Shown here: positions 46,865-54,762 of the stretch, one piece after another
Layout of the letters: each line of letters starts with the position of its first letter
Numbering within the stretch: the first letter of the stretch is position 1
Assembly: GCA_028289445.1 (NCBI GenBank)
Contig: JANQPO010000017.1
Location: forward strand, 479,537 to 543,536
From: Tepidamorphaceae bacterium
GTDB taxonomy: Bacteria > Pseudomonadota > Alphaproteobacteria > Rhizobiales > JAKSCL01
Reading direction: 5' to 3'
DNA: 64,000 bases
The notes under the pieces: generated by a model
Told to the model about the DNA's origin: nothing
The model's input: only the letters and a program-made list of their open reading frames with translations
The model's database searches: none
Program-made: the position numbers and the translations under genes

Positions 46865-47317
46865 ATGCCTGCGAGCGGAAAATCTTTCGGCATCCTCCTT
46901 GTTGAGGACGATTCCTTGGATGCGACGCTATTGCAAGGCGCGTTTGAACGCTACGGCGATCTGGTTGACATTCACCATATCGAAAACGGTGAAGAGGCGC
47001 TGGCCCAAATCCGTTTGCTGGTCGACGACGAGGCGACGCGGCGCCCGCATCTCATCATCATCGATGTGAGTCTGCCTGACGTGGACGGGGCCAAACTCTA
47101 TGCGCTTTGCTCGTTCTCGACCGGATCAAGGGGCATACCGATTGTGATCTTCACCGGCGGTGATCACGAGGGACTCGAAGGTTGCGCCGTGTCCGATCCG
47201 CGCACCATCTATATGCGCAAGCCCGACAGCAGCTACGGTTATGAGAAGGCGGCGGATCGCATGCTCTATCACGCCGCCGGCTACATCGCCGAGTCAGGGT
47301 TTCAGCGCGCCGGCTGA
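46865..47317 (+). CDS. Single-domain response regulator (CheY-like receiver), orphan
   Basis: 150 aa. LLVEDD acidic pair, phospho-acceptor in IIIDVSLPDVDG, VIFTG, MRKP lysine. No kinase gene is adjacent. Confidence 0.8.
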   Translation: MPASGKSFGILLVEDDSLDATLLQGAFERYGDLVDIHHIENGEEALAQIRLLVDDEATRRPHLIIIDVSLPDVDGAKLYALCSFSTGSRGIPIVIFTGGDHEGLEGCAVSDPRTIYMRKPDSSYGYEKAADRMLYHAAGYIAESGFQRAG

Positions 47318-47325
47318 GCCAAGCA

Positions 47326-48153
47326 TCACCGCCAAAGAATTGCCCGAACGCCGCTCGTCAAAGCGCCGTCGAATTGTCGACCCTCGTCTCGGCTCCTGAA
47401 GGATCCGATCAGCGTCCGATCACGTCCCAACAAGACAATCTCGCTGCCGCGCAACCGCCAATTGGCGATGCGATCGAGACCGGGCGCCGTGCATCCGGCG
47501 GCACTGGCGGGGCTGGGTCCGTCCCTGGCTCCTGCCGAAAGTGTGATCCGGCATGAGCAATCCGGTGTTCCGTCTGCCAGGCGCCATTCACCAGTCAGCG
47601 GCTTCGCGTTCAGGCTTGTGCGGCGTGCCGCCCTCGCTCGATCCCGTCTGATCGGCGCGGCGACATTGCCGAAGCGCAGGAACTGCCCGCGCCCGCCGCG
47701 CTCGACGGCGATGCGACCGCCCTCGGTCGCGCTACCGGACTGCGCTGCGGCGAACAGCGATCCGCTCGTTGCGCTGCCGCCGCCGCCGGTCGATGTCCCA
47801 GCCAGGGTGCCAGGTGGGCCGCAGGCGGCCACGATGGGTGAATAGCCGCCAATCGGGGCATCGGGATCGACGGGACCCTCCGGCTCGGCGTTGGTAACCG
47901 AGTCCGTTTCGGCGGGTTCCGCACTTGCCGCTTCGGTGCCAGCCGTTACGCCCTCCTGAGCGCCGGCCGTATCATTCGTCGCGGTCGTCTCTGTTTCACC
48001 GGCGGAGGGTGTAGCTGTGGGAGCTGGCGATGTTGTCGGCGCAGGTTCGCCCCTGTTGCCCGGGCGCACATTCGCGCAGGCGGCAAGGGCCGCTGCCAGG
48101 AGAACTACTAAAAGCAGTCGGACATGGTGTCCGGCCGAAGACATCTTGATCAT
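47326..48153 (-). CDS. Lipoprotein with a C-terminal Inh/Omp19-like (protease inhibitor family) domain
   Basis: ORF 47326-48189 trimmed to the ATG at 48153 (alternative 48144). Lipobox LAAC. A low-complexity Pro/Thr/Ala/Glu linker of about 90 aa. The C-terminus GEWRLADGTPDCSCRITLS ... CTAPGLDRIANWRLRGSEIVLLGRDRTLIGSFRS..GRQFDGALTSGVRAILWR parallels Brucella Omp19 as I recall it. Confidence 0.6.
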   Translation of the reverse strand: MIKMSSAGHHVRLLLVVLLAAALAACANVRPGNRGEPAPTTSPAPTATPSAGETETTATNDTAGAQEGVTAGTEAASAEPAETDSVTNAEPEGPVDPDAPIGGYSPIVAACGPPGTLAGTSTGGGGSATSGSLFAAAQSGSATEGGRIAVERGGRGQFLRFGNVAAPIRRDRARAARRTSLNAKPLTGEWRLADGTPDCSCRITLSAGARDGPSPASAAGCTAPGLDRIANWRLRGSEIVLLGRDRTLIGSFRSRDEGRQFDGALTSGVRAILWR

Positions 48154-48397
48154 GGGTTTGCCGCACTCGACCCTGATTCGTTGCCGCATTTAATCCCCGT
48201 TGGGCGTTGAAATGCAATGCGATCAGCAGGTTCCTCGTAAATCTGTGTATTTGCGTTCCCCAAACGATCGGCATGGATGGGGGTGAAATCGGGGGTGTGA
48301 GCTAGCCGACAGGCATGGCGAATTGCCGATGTCTTATTGAACCGGTATTCTCAACGCGGTTTGGCGACGGATGATGCCGTCGAGGAAAAGGATGCCC

Positions 48398-49087
48398 ATG
48401 TCTGTCGATCGCGCTTTTCTCGATCAAAGCGTCTCGCTCGGCGGGTTGCCGGAGGCGCTTCTTGATGAAATTGCCAAGATCGCAAGGGTCGTGCCGCTGC
48501 CGGCCAACAAAGTGCTTTTCGAGACGGGCGATCCCGGCAATGGCTTTTACTCCGTGCTTGAGGGCTCGCTGAAGGTCAGCCTTGTCTCGGTCGAGGGGGT
48601 CGAACAGCTGCTCGCGGTCCTTGGCCCCGGCAATGTTGTCGGTGAATTGGCGATTTTCGACGGGCGACCGCGCTCGGCGACCGTGACGGCGATCAAGGCA
48701 AGCCGGCTTGCGTTCGTCGACCGTATTTCGTTCGAGCGGTTGGCGGAGGACCAACCGGCCATCTATCGCCACATGTTGAAGATTGTCGGTGGCCGGTTGC
48801 GCCACGCCAATGACGTATTCGCCGCCCGCTGTTTCCTGCCGATGAACGGCCGTATCGCTCAAACGCTGCTGCAACTCGCCGACACGTTCGGCAAACCAGT
48901 CGACAACGACCGCATCCTGATCCACTACAAGGTGAGCCAAGCCGATCTTGCCAATATGTCCGGCATGGCGCGCGAGAACGCCAATCGGATCCTCAATATC
49001 TGGAAGCGCGACGGGCTGATTTCCCGTATTAGCGGATACTACTGTATCGAGGATAAGCCGGCGCTAGAGGCCGCGGCGGCGCTTTGA
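48398..49087 (+). CDS. Crp/Fnr family transcriptional regulator
   Basis: ORF 48371-49087. I prefer the ATG at 48398, which follows the aggaaaagga RBS. cNMP-binding fold (GELAIFDGRPRSATVTA) and a C-terminal HTH (SQADLANMSGMARENANRIL). No FNR-type Cys cluster. Confidence 0.8.
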   Translation: MSVDRAFLDQSVSLGGLPEALLDEIAKIARVVPLPANKVLFETGDPGNGFYSVLEGSLKVSLVSVEGVEQLLAVLGPGNVVGELAIFDGRPRSATVTAIKASRLAFVDRISFERLAEDQPAIYRHMLKIVGGRLRHANDVFAARCFLPMNGRIAQTLLQLADTFGKPVDNDRILIHYKVSQADLANMSGMARENANRILNIWKRDGLISRISGYYCIEDKPALEAAAAL

Positions 49088-49097
49088 CCGCTTCGCT

Positions 49098-49922
49098 TTA
49101 GCAGCCGGCGTCGCCGCCAACGTCCATGGTGACCGTGCGGCCGTCGCCGGTCGTCACGATCAACTGGCCTCGCTCGACAGGCAGGCGCAAGCTGCCTTCT
49201 TCAGATGCGCTGGCAAGGTTGATGTCGACGATAGCCTTGACGGCGCCATCGCCGCTTTCAAAAACCTGTAGCGGATATTGACCGAAACCGAGCGGGTCGC
49301 CGCTACTGTCGACGCGCGCCATGGCGACCATTTCGTTCTCGACCAGCACGAACCCGCGGCTGTCACCACCGGCGGCGGCCAGCTCATGGAAGAACAGGAT
49401 GGCGTTTTCATCGTCTGCGCGGGTCAACATGAGGCCGCAGCCACCGGGAAGGCGACGATCGTTAAACGCATAGGTGCCGAGCGCGAGGGACGCGGTCTGA
49501 ACGGGCGTCTCTGCAACGACCGGCTCGATGCGAATGTCCTCGGTCACCACTTTGCGGATGCCGTCGGCTGGCACAAGCGGCTCGGCTTCGGGCGCCAGCG
49601 CCGCGGTCGTTTCAGGTGCGGTGTCCGTTTCCAGTGGCTTTTTCGCTGTCGGTGCAATCGCCCCACCAGCCTCGTCCGGCTTCTTGAACAAGTCGACAAC
49701 GCTGGCAAGAATGTTGCCGGGCGTGATCTCCGCGCTGCTGGTTGCGGCCGCCGTCTCGGTCCGATCCGACCGTGCTTCAAACGGCAGAATAGCGATGATG
49801 CCGGCTGCAATGAACGCCGCCGCGCCGGCGGCGATCGCCCAATCGGCCGGGCGCAGGATGCGCTCTTGCCTATTGCGGTGCTGGTGCATGGCCGAGATAG
49901 TTCTCGCGCGATCGAATTTCAT
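49098..49922 (-). CDS. Hypothetical single-pass membrane protein
   Basis: 274 aa with one TM segment (WAIAAGAAAFIAAGIIAILPF) and an Ala/Pro/Thr/Glu-rich linker. I do not recognise the C-terminal domain of about 130 aa. Ends in ...GGDAGC. Confidence 0.5.
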   Translation of the reverse strand: MKFDRARTISAMHQHRNRQERILRPADWAIAAGAAAFIAAGIIAILPFEARSDRTETAAATSSAEITPGNILASVVDLFKKPDEAGGAIAPTAKKPLETDTAPETTAALAPEAEPLVPADGIRKVVTEDIRIEPVVAETPVQTASLALGTYAFNDRRLPGGCGLMLTRADDENAILFFHELAAAGGDSRGFVLVENEMVAMARVDSSGDPLGFGQYPLQVFESGDGAVKAIVDINLASASEEGSLRLPVERGQLIVTTGDGRTVTMDVGGDAGC

Positions 49923-50124
49923 GCATTCCCCTTAGCCAATGCATCGGTTCCGAATCGTCGCGAAATAACATAATGCAAACATGCGCGGTTCAACAAACCG
50001 AAATGGCCGTTAACATGAACCGCATCCTTGACGGGCTGTGTGGACCGAAATCACGGCGGAAGCATGGCAGTGGGATGCCACGCGGGTGTGACAACGGTTT
50101 GTTTACCATGATGGACAATCCTGC

Positions 50125-50176
50125 GGACTGTCCCGCAGCGTCCCGGGACATCGTCCAGACATCCACCGGACAGTCC
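50125..50176. promoter_or_regulatory. Three GGAC-N(1-3)-GTCC palindromes phased about two helical turns apart
   Basis: ggactgtcc 50125-50133, ggacatcgtcc 50146-50156, ggacagtcc 50168-50176. Centres near 50129, 50151 and 50172. Extra TGGAC at 50041 and 50112. The array ends 6 bp before the activator-like gene ATG. Confidence 0.45.
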
Positions 50177-50181
50177 ATCGC

Positions 50182-51585
50182 ATGTCTCAATTTCTGGTTT
50201 CTCGCCAACGCATAGAGATTGCGCTTGTTGGAGGAAGCGACCGCGAATTCGATGTCTATGGCGATTGGATCGAGCGCAGCTACGGACCGGACGTCGCGCT
50301 GGTGCGCCATGGCGATGGGCGGTCGGCGCGACCATCGGTGGCGGTAGAGATTGCGGCCTTTGTTATCGATCTGAGCACCGCGGATCTTCAGCGTGTCTTG
50401 CGATCGGCGGCCGGACGACCCGTGATCGCCATCGTCGACACTCAGGCGGAGCAGGCGCAGGTTCTCGCAGCCGGTATCGATCCGGTGAGGATTCTGGCCA
50501 AGCCGTTGTCGCGCACCAGATTTGCCGCTTGTCTCGATCCGGTGCTGGCGGTGCCGAAGACATTGACCGGCGACCCGGCTAACGCAGACCTCGGTGTCTC
50601 GTTCGATGTGATGGCCGGCGTATCGCCGGCGTTTGCGACCGTGCTTACGCAGGCGCGTCGCATTGCGCGATCGGACGCCCCAATCTTTTTGTTCGGCGAA
50701 GTGGGCACCGGCAAGGCGGCCTGCGCGCGAGCCATCCATCAAGCGTCCGAGCGCTCGGACCGTCCTTTTGTTTCAGCCGACTGCTCCGTCGCAGATGACG
50801 GTGAGCTTGAGAGTCAGCTCTTCGGTATGGGCGATCCGCAGACCACCCCAGGGGCCTTCGCTGCCGCCGATGGTGGCACGGTTTTTCTCGACAACGTAGA
50901 GGCGTTGCCGACAGAGCTGCAAGGACGACTGCTCCGCACGCTGCTCACCGGCACCGACACAACGCCCGACCGCGAGGCCGAACCAATCGATGCGCGGCTC
51001 ATCTGCGCGACCGCGTGCGATATGCAAGCCGAAGTCGACGCCGGCCGCTTTCGCAGTGACCTTTTTTACCGCCTCTATGTTCTGCCGCTTGGCCTTCCAG
51101 CGTTGCGGGATCATCCGGCGGACATCGCGCCGTTGGCCGAGGCGATGCTGAAAAGTGCGGATGCCACGGCCGGATCGTTGACGCCCGACGTCGAAGAGAC
51201 GCTGCGCGACTATGCGTGGCCGGGCAACGTGCGGGAGCTTGAAGCCGTGGTCCGGCATGTCCTTGCACGCCGAGGGCACGGGCCTGTCACCATGTCCATG
51301 CTACCGACATCCCTATACGGCCCGGCGGGGCTGATCGGCGAGATCGCAGATGACGAGGCCATTCGCCTTCACCCCGACCTCGCCAGCACGATTGCGACGG
51401 CGCTGCGCGATCTAGAGGCTTCCTCGGACGGTATCGCTCCGCTTTGGATTCAGGAGCAGCGCATCATCGAAACGGCGCTTGCGGCTTGCGAGGGCAATGT
51501 CGGAAAGGCCGCCGAGGCGCTGCAAATCAGTCCTTCCACGATCTACAGAAAAATGCAGGCCTGGCAGGACCGCGATACCGCCTGA
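50182..51585 (+). CDS. NtrC/Fis-family enhancer-binding-protein-like regulator with degenerate GAFTGA and Walker B
   Basis: 467 aa. Receiver-like N-terminus, AAA+ core (GEVGTGKAACARAIH, RFRSDLFYRLYV, GNVRELE), and a C-terminal Fis-type HTH (GNVGKAAEALQISPSTIYRKM). GAFAAA replaces GAFTGA (50851-50868). FLDNVE replaces FLDE (Asn at 50893-50895). The start codon is uncertain because no RBS is visible. Confidence 0.75.
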   Translation: MSQFLVSRQRIEIALVGGSDREFDVYGDWIERSYGPDVALVRHGDGRSARPSVAVEIAAFVIDLSTADLQRVLRSAAGRPVIAIVDTQAEQAQVLAAGIDPVRILAKPLSRTRFAACLDPVLAVPKTLTGDPANADLGVSFDVMAGVSPAFATVLTQARRIARSDAPIFLFGEVGTGKAACARAIHQASERSDRPFVSADCSVADDGELESQLFGMGDPQTTPGAFAAADGGTVFLDNVEALPTELQGRLLRTLLTGTDTTPDREAEPIDARLICATACDMQAEVDAGRFRSDLFYRLYVLPLGLPALRDHPADIAPLAEAMLKSADATAGSLTPDVEETLRDYAWPGNVRELEAVVRHVLARRGHGPVTMSMLPTSLYGPAGLIGEIADDEAIRLHPDLASTIATALRDLEASSDGIAPLWIQEQRIIETALAACEGNVGKAAEALQISPSTIYRKMQAWQDRDTA

Positions 51586-51675
51586 TCCCGGTTGCCAGAG
51601 CGGTCTTCCGACTGCGCTTGCCATCACCGCCATGGGCGTGCGAGATGGCTGGTCACGCCTTTACCGGGTTCCCCG

Positions 51676-52560
51676 ATGACCTCTCAAAGCGGCTATATGC
51701 CGGTTCTCGCGGTGGTTCTCGCCATCGCAGTTTTGTCCGTAATGGACGCGATGATCAAAGCCGCTGCCGCGGATTTCGGCACGGCGCAAATCACGTTCTT
51801 GCGTTACGCTTTCGGCTTCGCCATCGCGCTTCCCTTTGCCGTACGCGATTTGCGGCGAGGTCTGTCCAGTCAATCGATCCGCGCCAACAGTCTGCGGGGC
51901 GTGATCGTGGTCTTCACCGCGTTTTCCTTCTTCTTCGCCTTAGGACGCCTGCCGCTTGCTTTTGCCGTTACGCTGGCGTTCACGGCGCCACTGTGGATGG
52001 TCATTTTGTCGCGGCTGATCCTCGGCGAGCCGATTGGCGGTCGCGCGCTCTTGGCGATCGGGCTTGGCTTTTCGGGTGTTCTCGTCATGGTATTCGGGAG
52101 CGGTGGGCACAGCGGCAATCAACCGCTCGATCCGCTTGGCGTTGCCGCCGCACTTGTTGCGTCGATTGGTTATGCCCTGGCGATCGTCTTGTTGCGCCGG
52201 CAATCGGCCCACGACACGATCCCGGTTCTGGTCGTCACCCAGGCTTTCGTGGCGATGATCATCATCGCGCCATTCGGGATTGCGACCTTTACGCCAATCG
52301 GGTTCGAGGCGCTTTTCTGGTTCTTCGTCATCGGTGCGCTTGGAACGTTTGGCCACCTGATCCTGTCTTGGGCATTTAAACAGGCGCCGGCATCGCGCCT
52401 GGCGCCCATCGAATACACCAACTTCTTGTGGGCTGTCGGGCTCGGCTATGTGTTCTTTGCCGAGACCCCGGGCGTGGAGGTGTTCTTCGGCGCTGCGCTC
52501 ATCATCTCCGCCGCGATGATCGTCGCCGCCCAGCCGAAGCCGAAACGGATCGCCGCCTGA
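51676..52560 (+). CDS. DMT superfamily (EamA) transporter
   Basis: ORF 51592-52560 trimmed to the ATG at 51676 (MTSQSGYMPVLAVVLAIAVLSVMDAMIK). Ten hydrophobic segments. Confidence 0.75.
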   Translation: MTSQSGYMPVLAVVLAIAVLSVMDAMIKAAAADFGTAQITFLRYAFGFAIALPFAVRDLRRGLSSQSIRANSLRGVIVVFTAFSFFFALGRLPLAFAVTLAFTAPLWMVILSRLILGEPIGGRALLAIGLGFSGVLVMVFGSGGHSGNQPLDPLGVAAALVASIGYALAIVLLRRQSAHDTIPVLVVTQAFVAMIIIAPFGIATFTPIGFEALFWFFVIGALGTFGHLILSWAFKQAPASRLAPIEYTNFLWAVGLGYVFFAETPGVEVFFGAALIISAAMIVAAQPKPKRIAA

Positions 52561-52602
52561 AGCGGAATAAGTTCAAATCGAGACATCCTCTTCGTTCGTC
52601 AT

Positions 52603-52739
52603 CCCGGTCGCGGTGCAGCACCTTAGTGTTGCGCCGCAGAACCGGGATCGCGTTGTCGATGGCGCAGGTGCCAGATGTCGAACGATCCCGGATCAGCGCA
52701 GCAGCATTTCATGCCGCAGCGCGTCCGGGAAGACGCGCG
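52603..52739. repeat. Two GC-rich imperfect palindromic units (CCCGG...CCGGG type), a second intergenic repeat family
   Basis: Unit 1, 52603-52646: cccggtcgcggtgcagcaccttagtgttgcgccgcagaaccggg. Unit 2, 52687-52739: cccggatcagcgcagcagcatttcatgccgcagcgcgtccggg. Both have CCCGG(T/A) ... GCCGCAG ... CCGGG arms. Confidence 0.5.
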
Positions 52740-52767
52740 AGATGAGCTGACGCCACCTCATTCCGAT

Positions 52768-53871
52768 CTAGAGAAATGGCAAGTCCGCAACCGATGCCGG
52801 GATCGGCCCGTCGGGCGAGTCAATGACAACTCGGGTCCCCGGCTCGGTCAGATCGGTACGCACCAGTCCGATCCCGATGCTGCGCTCAAGACGCGGCGAG
52901 TGAACGATGCTCGACGCATAGCCGACCGTTTCGCCGTCCTGGCTTATTGGCCACTTACGGTCTGTCGCGGCCGCGGGCGCCGTGTCGAGCACTAGGCCAA
53001 CCTGCAGACGCGCCGGGCCGTTCTCAGCGATGCGTTGCAGCGCCGCCTTGCCGATATAATCGGCCGGCGTGTCCAGTGATACGAAGCGGTCTAGGCGAAC
53101 CTCGAACGGATTGGTCGCATCGTCCGTGTCGGAGCCATACGACAACAGCCCGCTTTCAATGCGCTCGATTGCGTTCGGCGCGCCTGGACCGATGTTGAAC
53201 GGCCGACCGGCCTCCATCATGTTCTGCCACAAGGCATCGCCGTGTGAGCCGTCGGTCAGGTAGAGCTCGAAGCCTCCCTGTTTGCTCCAGCCCGAGCGGG
53301 CGAGCACGAGCGGTATGCCGTCGAGATGCGTCTCGGTGAACCAGAACGACTTGAGCGCCCGGATGTCCTCACCGAACAGCGATGCGACCACGTCCTCCGC
53401 CTTCGGGCCCTGAACGGCAAGGGGCGAGACGTCGGGCTCGAAGACCTGGACATCGTAGCCGCGTTCACCGGCGACGGCCCTGGCCCAAAACAAAATGTCA
53501 CTATCGGCGATCGAGAGCCAAAAGCGGTCGTCGGCAAGCTTGAGGAGCACGGGATCGTTGATCAGCGTGCCGTCGTGATCGCACAGCGCCACGTACTTGC
53601 CTTTGCCGACGGCCAGCTTGGTCAGATCGCGCGAACACAAACGTTGAACGAGTGCGAAAGCATCCGGTCCGACGATTTCGACCTGGCGCTCAACGCCCAC
53701 ATCCCAAAGCGCGCAATCATTGATCAGGCGCCAATATTCGGCCAATGCATCGCCGTAGGCGACCGGCAGGACCATGTGATTGTAGACAGAGGCATGCGAC
53801 AGCCCGGCGCGCATGGCCTGTGCGTGAAAGGGCGAAAGGCGCATTCGCGCCCCGAAGGTTAGTTGAACCAT
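52768..53871 (-). CDS. Aminomethyltransferase (GcvT) family protein, DmdA-like tetrahydrofolate-dependent demethylase candidate
   Basis: ORF 52768-53991 trimmed to the ATG at 53871 after the gggagg RBS (367 aa). VYNHMVLPVAYGD ... ALWDVGVERQVEIVGPDA ... LINDPVLLKLADDRFWLSIADSD resembles DMSP demethylase as I recall it. The GcvT fold itself is secure. Confidence 0.75.
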   Translation of the reverse strand: MVQLTFGARMRLSPFHAQAMRAGLSHASVYNHMVLPVAYGDALAEYWRLINDCALWDVGVERQVEIVGPDAFALVQRLCSRDLTKLAVGKGKYVALCDHDGTLINDPVLLKLADDRFWLSIADSDILFWARAVAGERGYDVQVFEPDVSPLAVQGPKAEDVVASLFGEDIRALKSFWFTETHLDGIPLVLARSGWSKQGGFELYLTDGSHGDALWQNMMEAGRPFNIGPGAPNAIERIESGLLSYGSDTDDATNPFEVRLDRFVSLDTPADYIGKAALQRIAENGPARLQVGLVLDTAPAAATDRKWPISQDGETVGYASSIVHSPRLERSIGIGLVRTDLTEPGTRVVIDSPDGPIPASVADLPFL

Positions 53872-54021
53872 GCCGCACCTCCCGTTGCGGTCCTTCGTTT
53901 GTCTATCGCGCTTGCCATGGTTTTTCGCCGCGGTAAACAGAAATCGCGTGGGCTCTCGACCGGGCTTGCGTTTGATCGGCAACGTGCGCATATCCGTCGG
54001 TCACGAGGGAGTTTTCGTTCC

Positions 54022-54684
54022 ATGTCCGATGCCACGCTCGGCCTGCCGCCGGCCTTGACCGATTGGATGCGTTCTATGGGCGTGGCCGAGACACCGGCGC
54101 TTAAGGCGTTGCGCGAAGAGACCATGGCGCTCGATGGCATCGGCAATTGGGCGACGGCGCTGGAGCAGGGTCAGCTCAACGTGCTCCTGGCCCGGATGAT
54201 CGGTGCGCGCCGCTATGTCGAGCTTGGCACATTCACCGGCTACGGCACGCTTTGGATTGCGCAGTCGTTGCCGGAAATTCGGGTCGTTACATGTGAGCGT
54301 CACGAGGAGTTTGCAGCGATTGCCCGGCGGCATTGGCAAAAGGCCGGGGTCGACGATCGGATCGATCTGCGGATGCGCGATGCGGTCGATGTTCTGGACG
54401 ACCTGATTGCGCAAGACGGCGAGGGCAGCGTCGACATGGTCTTTATCGATGCCGACAAGCAACCCTATCCCGAATACTACCAGCGCGCCGTGCGCTTGGT
54501 GCGGCCAGGCGGTCTCGTACTTCTCGACAACGCCTTTCGCGATGGCGGCGTCGTCGATGCGAGCGATACGTCGCGAGCGACCGAGGCGATCCGAACGGTG
54601 ACCCGAGACGTGCGCGATGACGACCGCGTCGACATGGCGATCGTGCCTATTGCCGATGGATTGATCGTGGCCCGCAAGCGTTAA
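54022..54684 (+). CDS. Class I SAM-dependent O-methyltransferase (caffeoyl-CoA OMT-like, family 3)
   Basis: ORF 53863-54684 trimmed to the ATG at 54022 (220 aa). SAM motif YVELGTFTGYGTLWIA and MVFIDADKQPYPEYY. Confidence 0.85.
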   Translation: MSDATLGLPPALTDWMRSMGVAETPALKALREETMALDGIGNWATALEQGQLNVLLARMIGARRYVELGTFTGYGTLWIAQSLPEIRVVTCERHEEFAAIARRHWQKAGVDDRIDLRMRDAVDVLDDLIAQDGEGSVDMVFIDADKQPYPEYYQRAVRLVRPGGLVLLDNAFRDGGVVDASDTSRATEAIRTVTRDVRDDDRVDMAIVPIADGLIVARKR

Positions 54685-54720
54685 ACGCGCCCCGCGCGAC
54701 GGAATTTTTTCCGGCTTCGC

Positions 54721-54749
54721 CTTGACTCCTCACGCGCATGTGACTACAT
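54721..54749 (+). promoter_or_regulatory. Candidate groESL promoter (CTTGAC-N17-CTACAT)
   Basis: Hexamers at 54721-54726 and 54744-54749 with a 17-nt spacer, immediately upstream of CIRCE. It resembles alphaproteobacterial heat-shock or housekeeping promoters. Confidence 0.45.
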
Positions 54750-54762
54750 CCCCGCGCAACTG

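Noticed and set aside
47560-48060. Low-complexity Pro/Thr/Ala/Glu/Gly region of the lipoprotein as a DNA tandem repeat
   Set aside because: The compositional bias is at the protein level only. I could not find a repeating nucleotide unit.
48190-48397. Crp/FNR-type box (TTGA-N6-TCAA) in the crp-like/lipoprotein intergenic region
   Set aside because: The only candidate, ttgaaccggtattctcaa, has a 10-nt spacer instead of 6. That is not a credible FixK/FNR or CRP site.
50066-50082. tggcagtgggatgcca as a sigma-54 (-24/-12) promoter
   Set aside because: The GG-to-GC spacing is one nucleotide short of the canonical TGGCAC-N5-TTGC arrangement, and the -12 element lacks TTGC. It is a simple 5-bp palindrome. 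I found no convincing sigma-54 promoter on either strand of 49923-50181.
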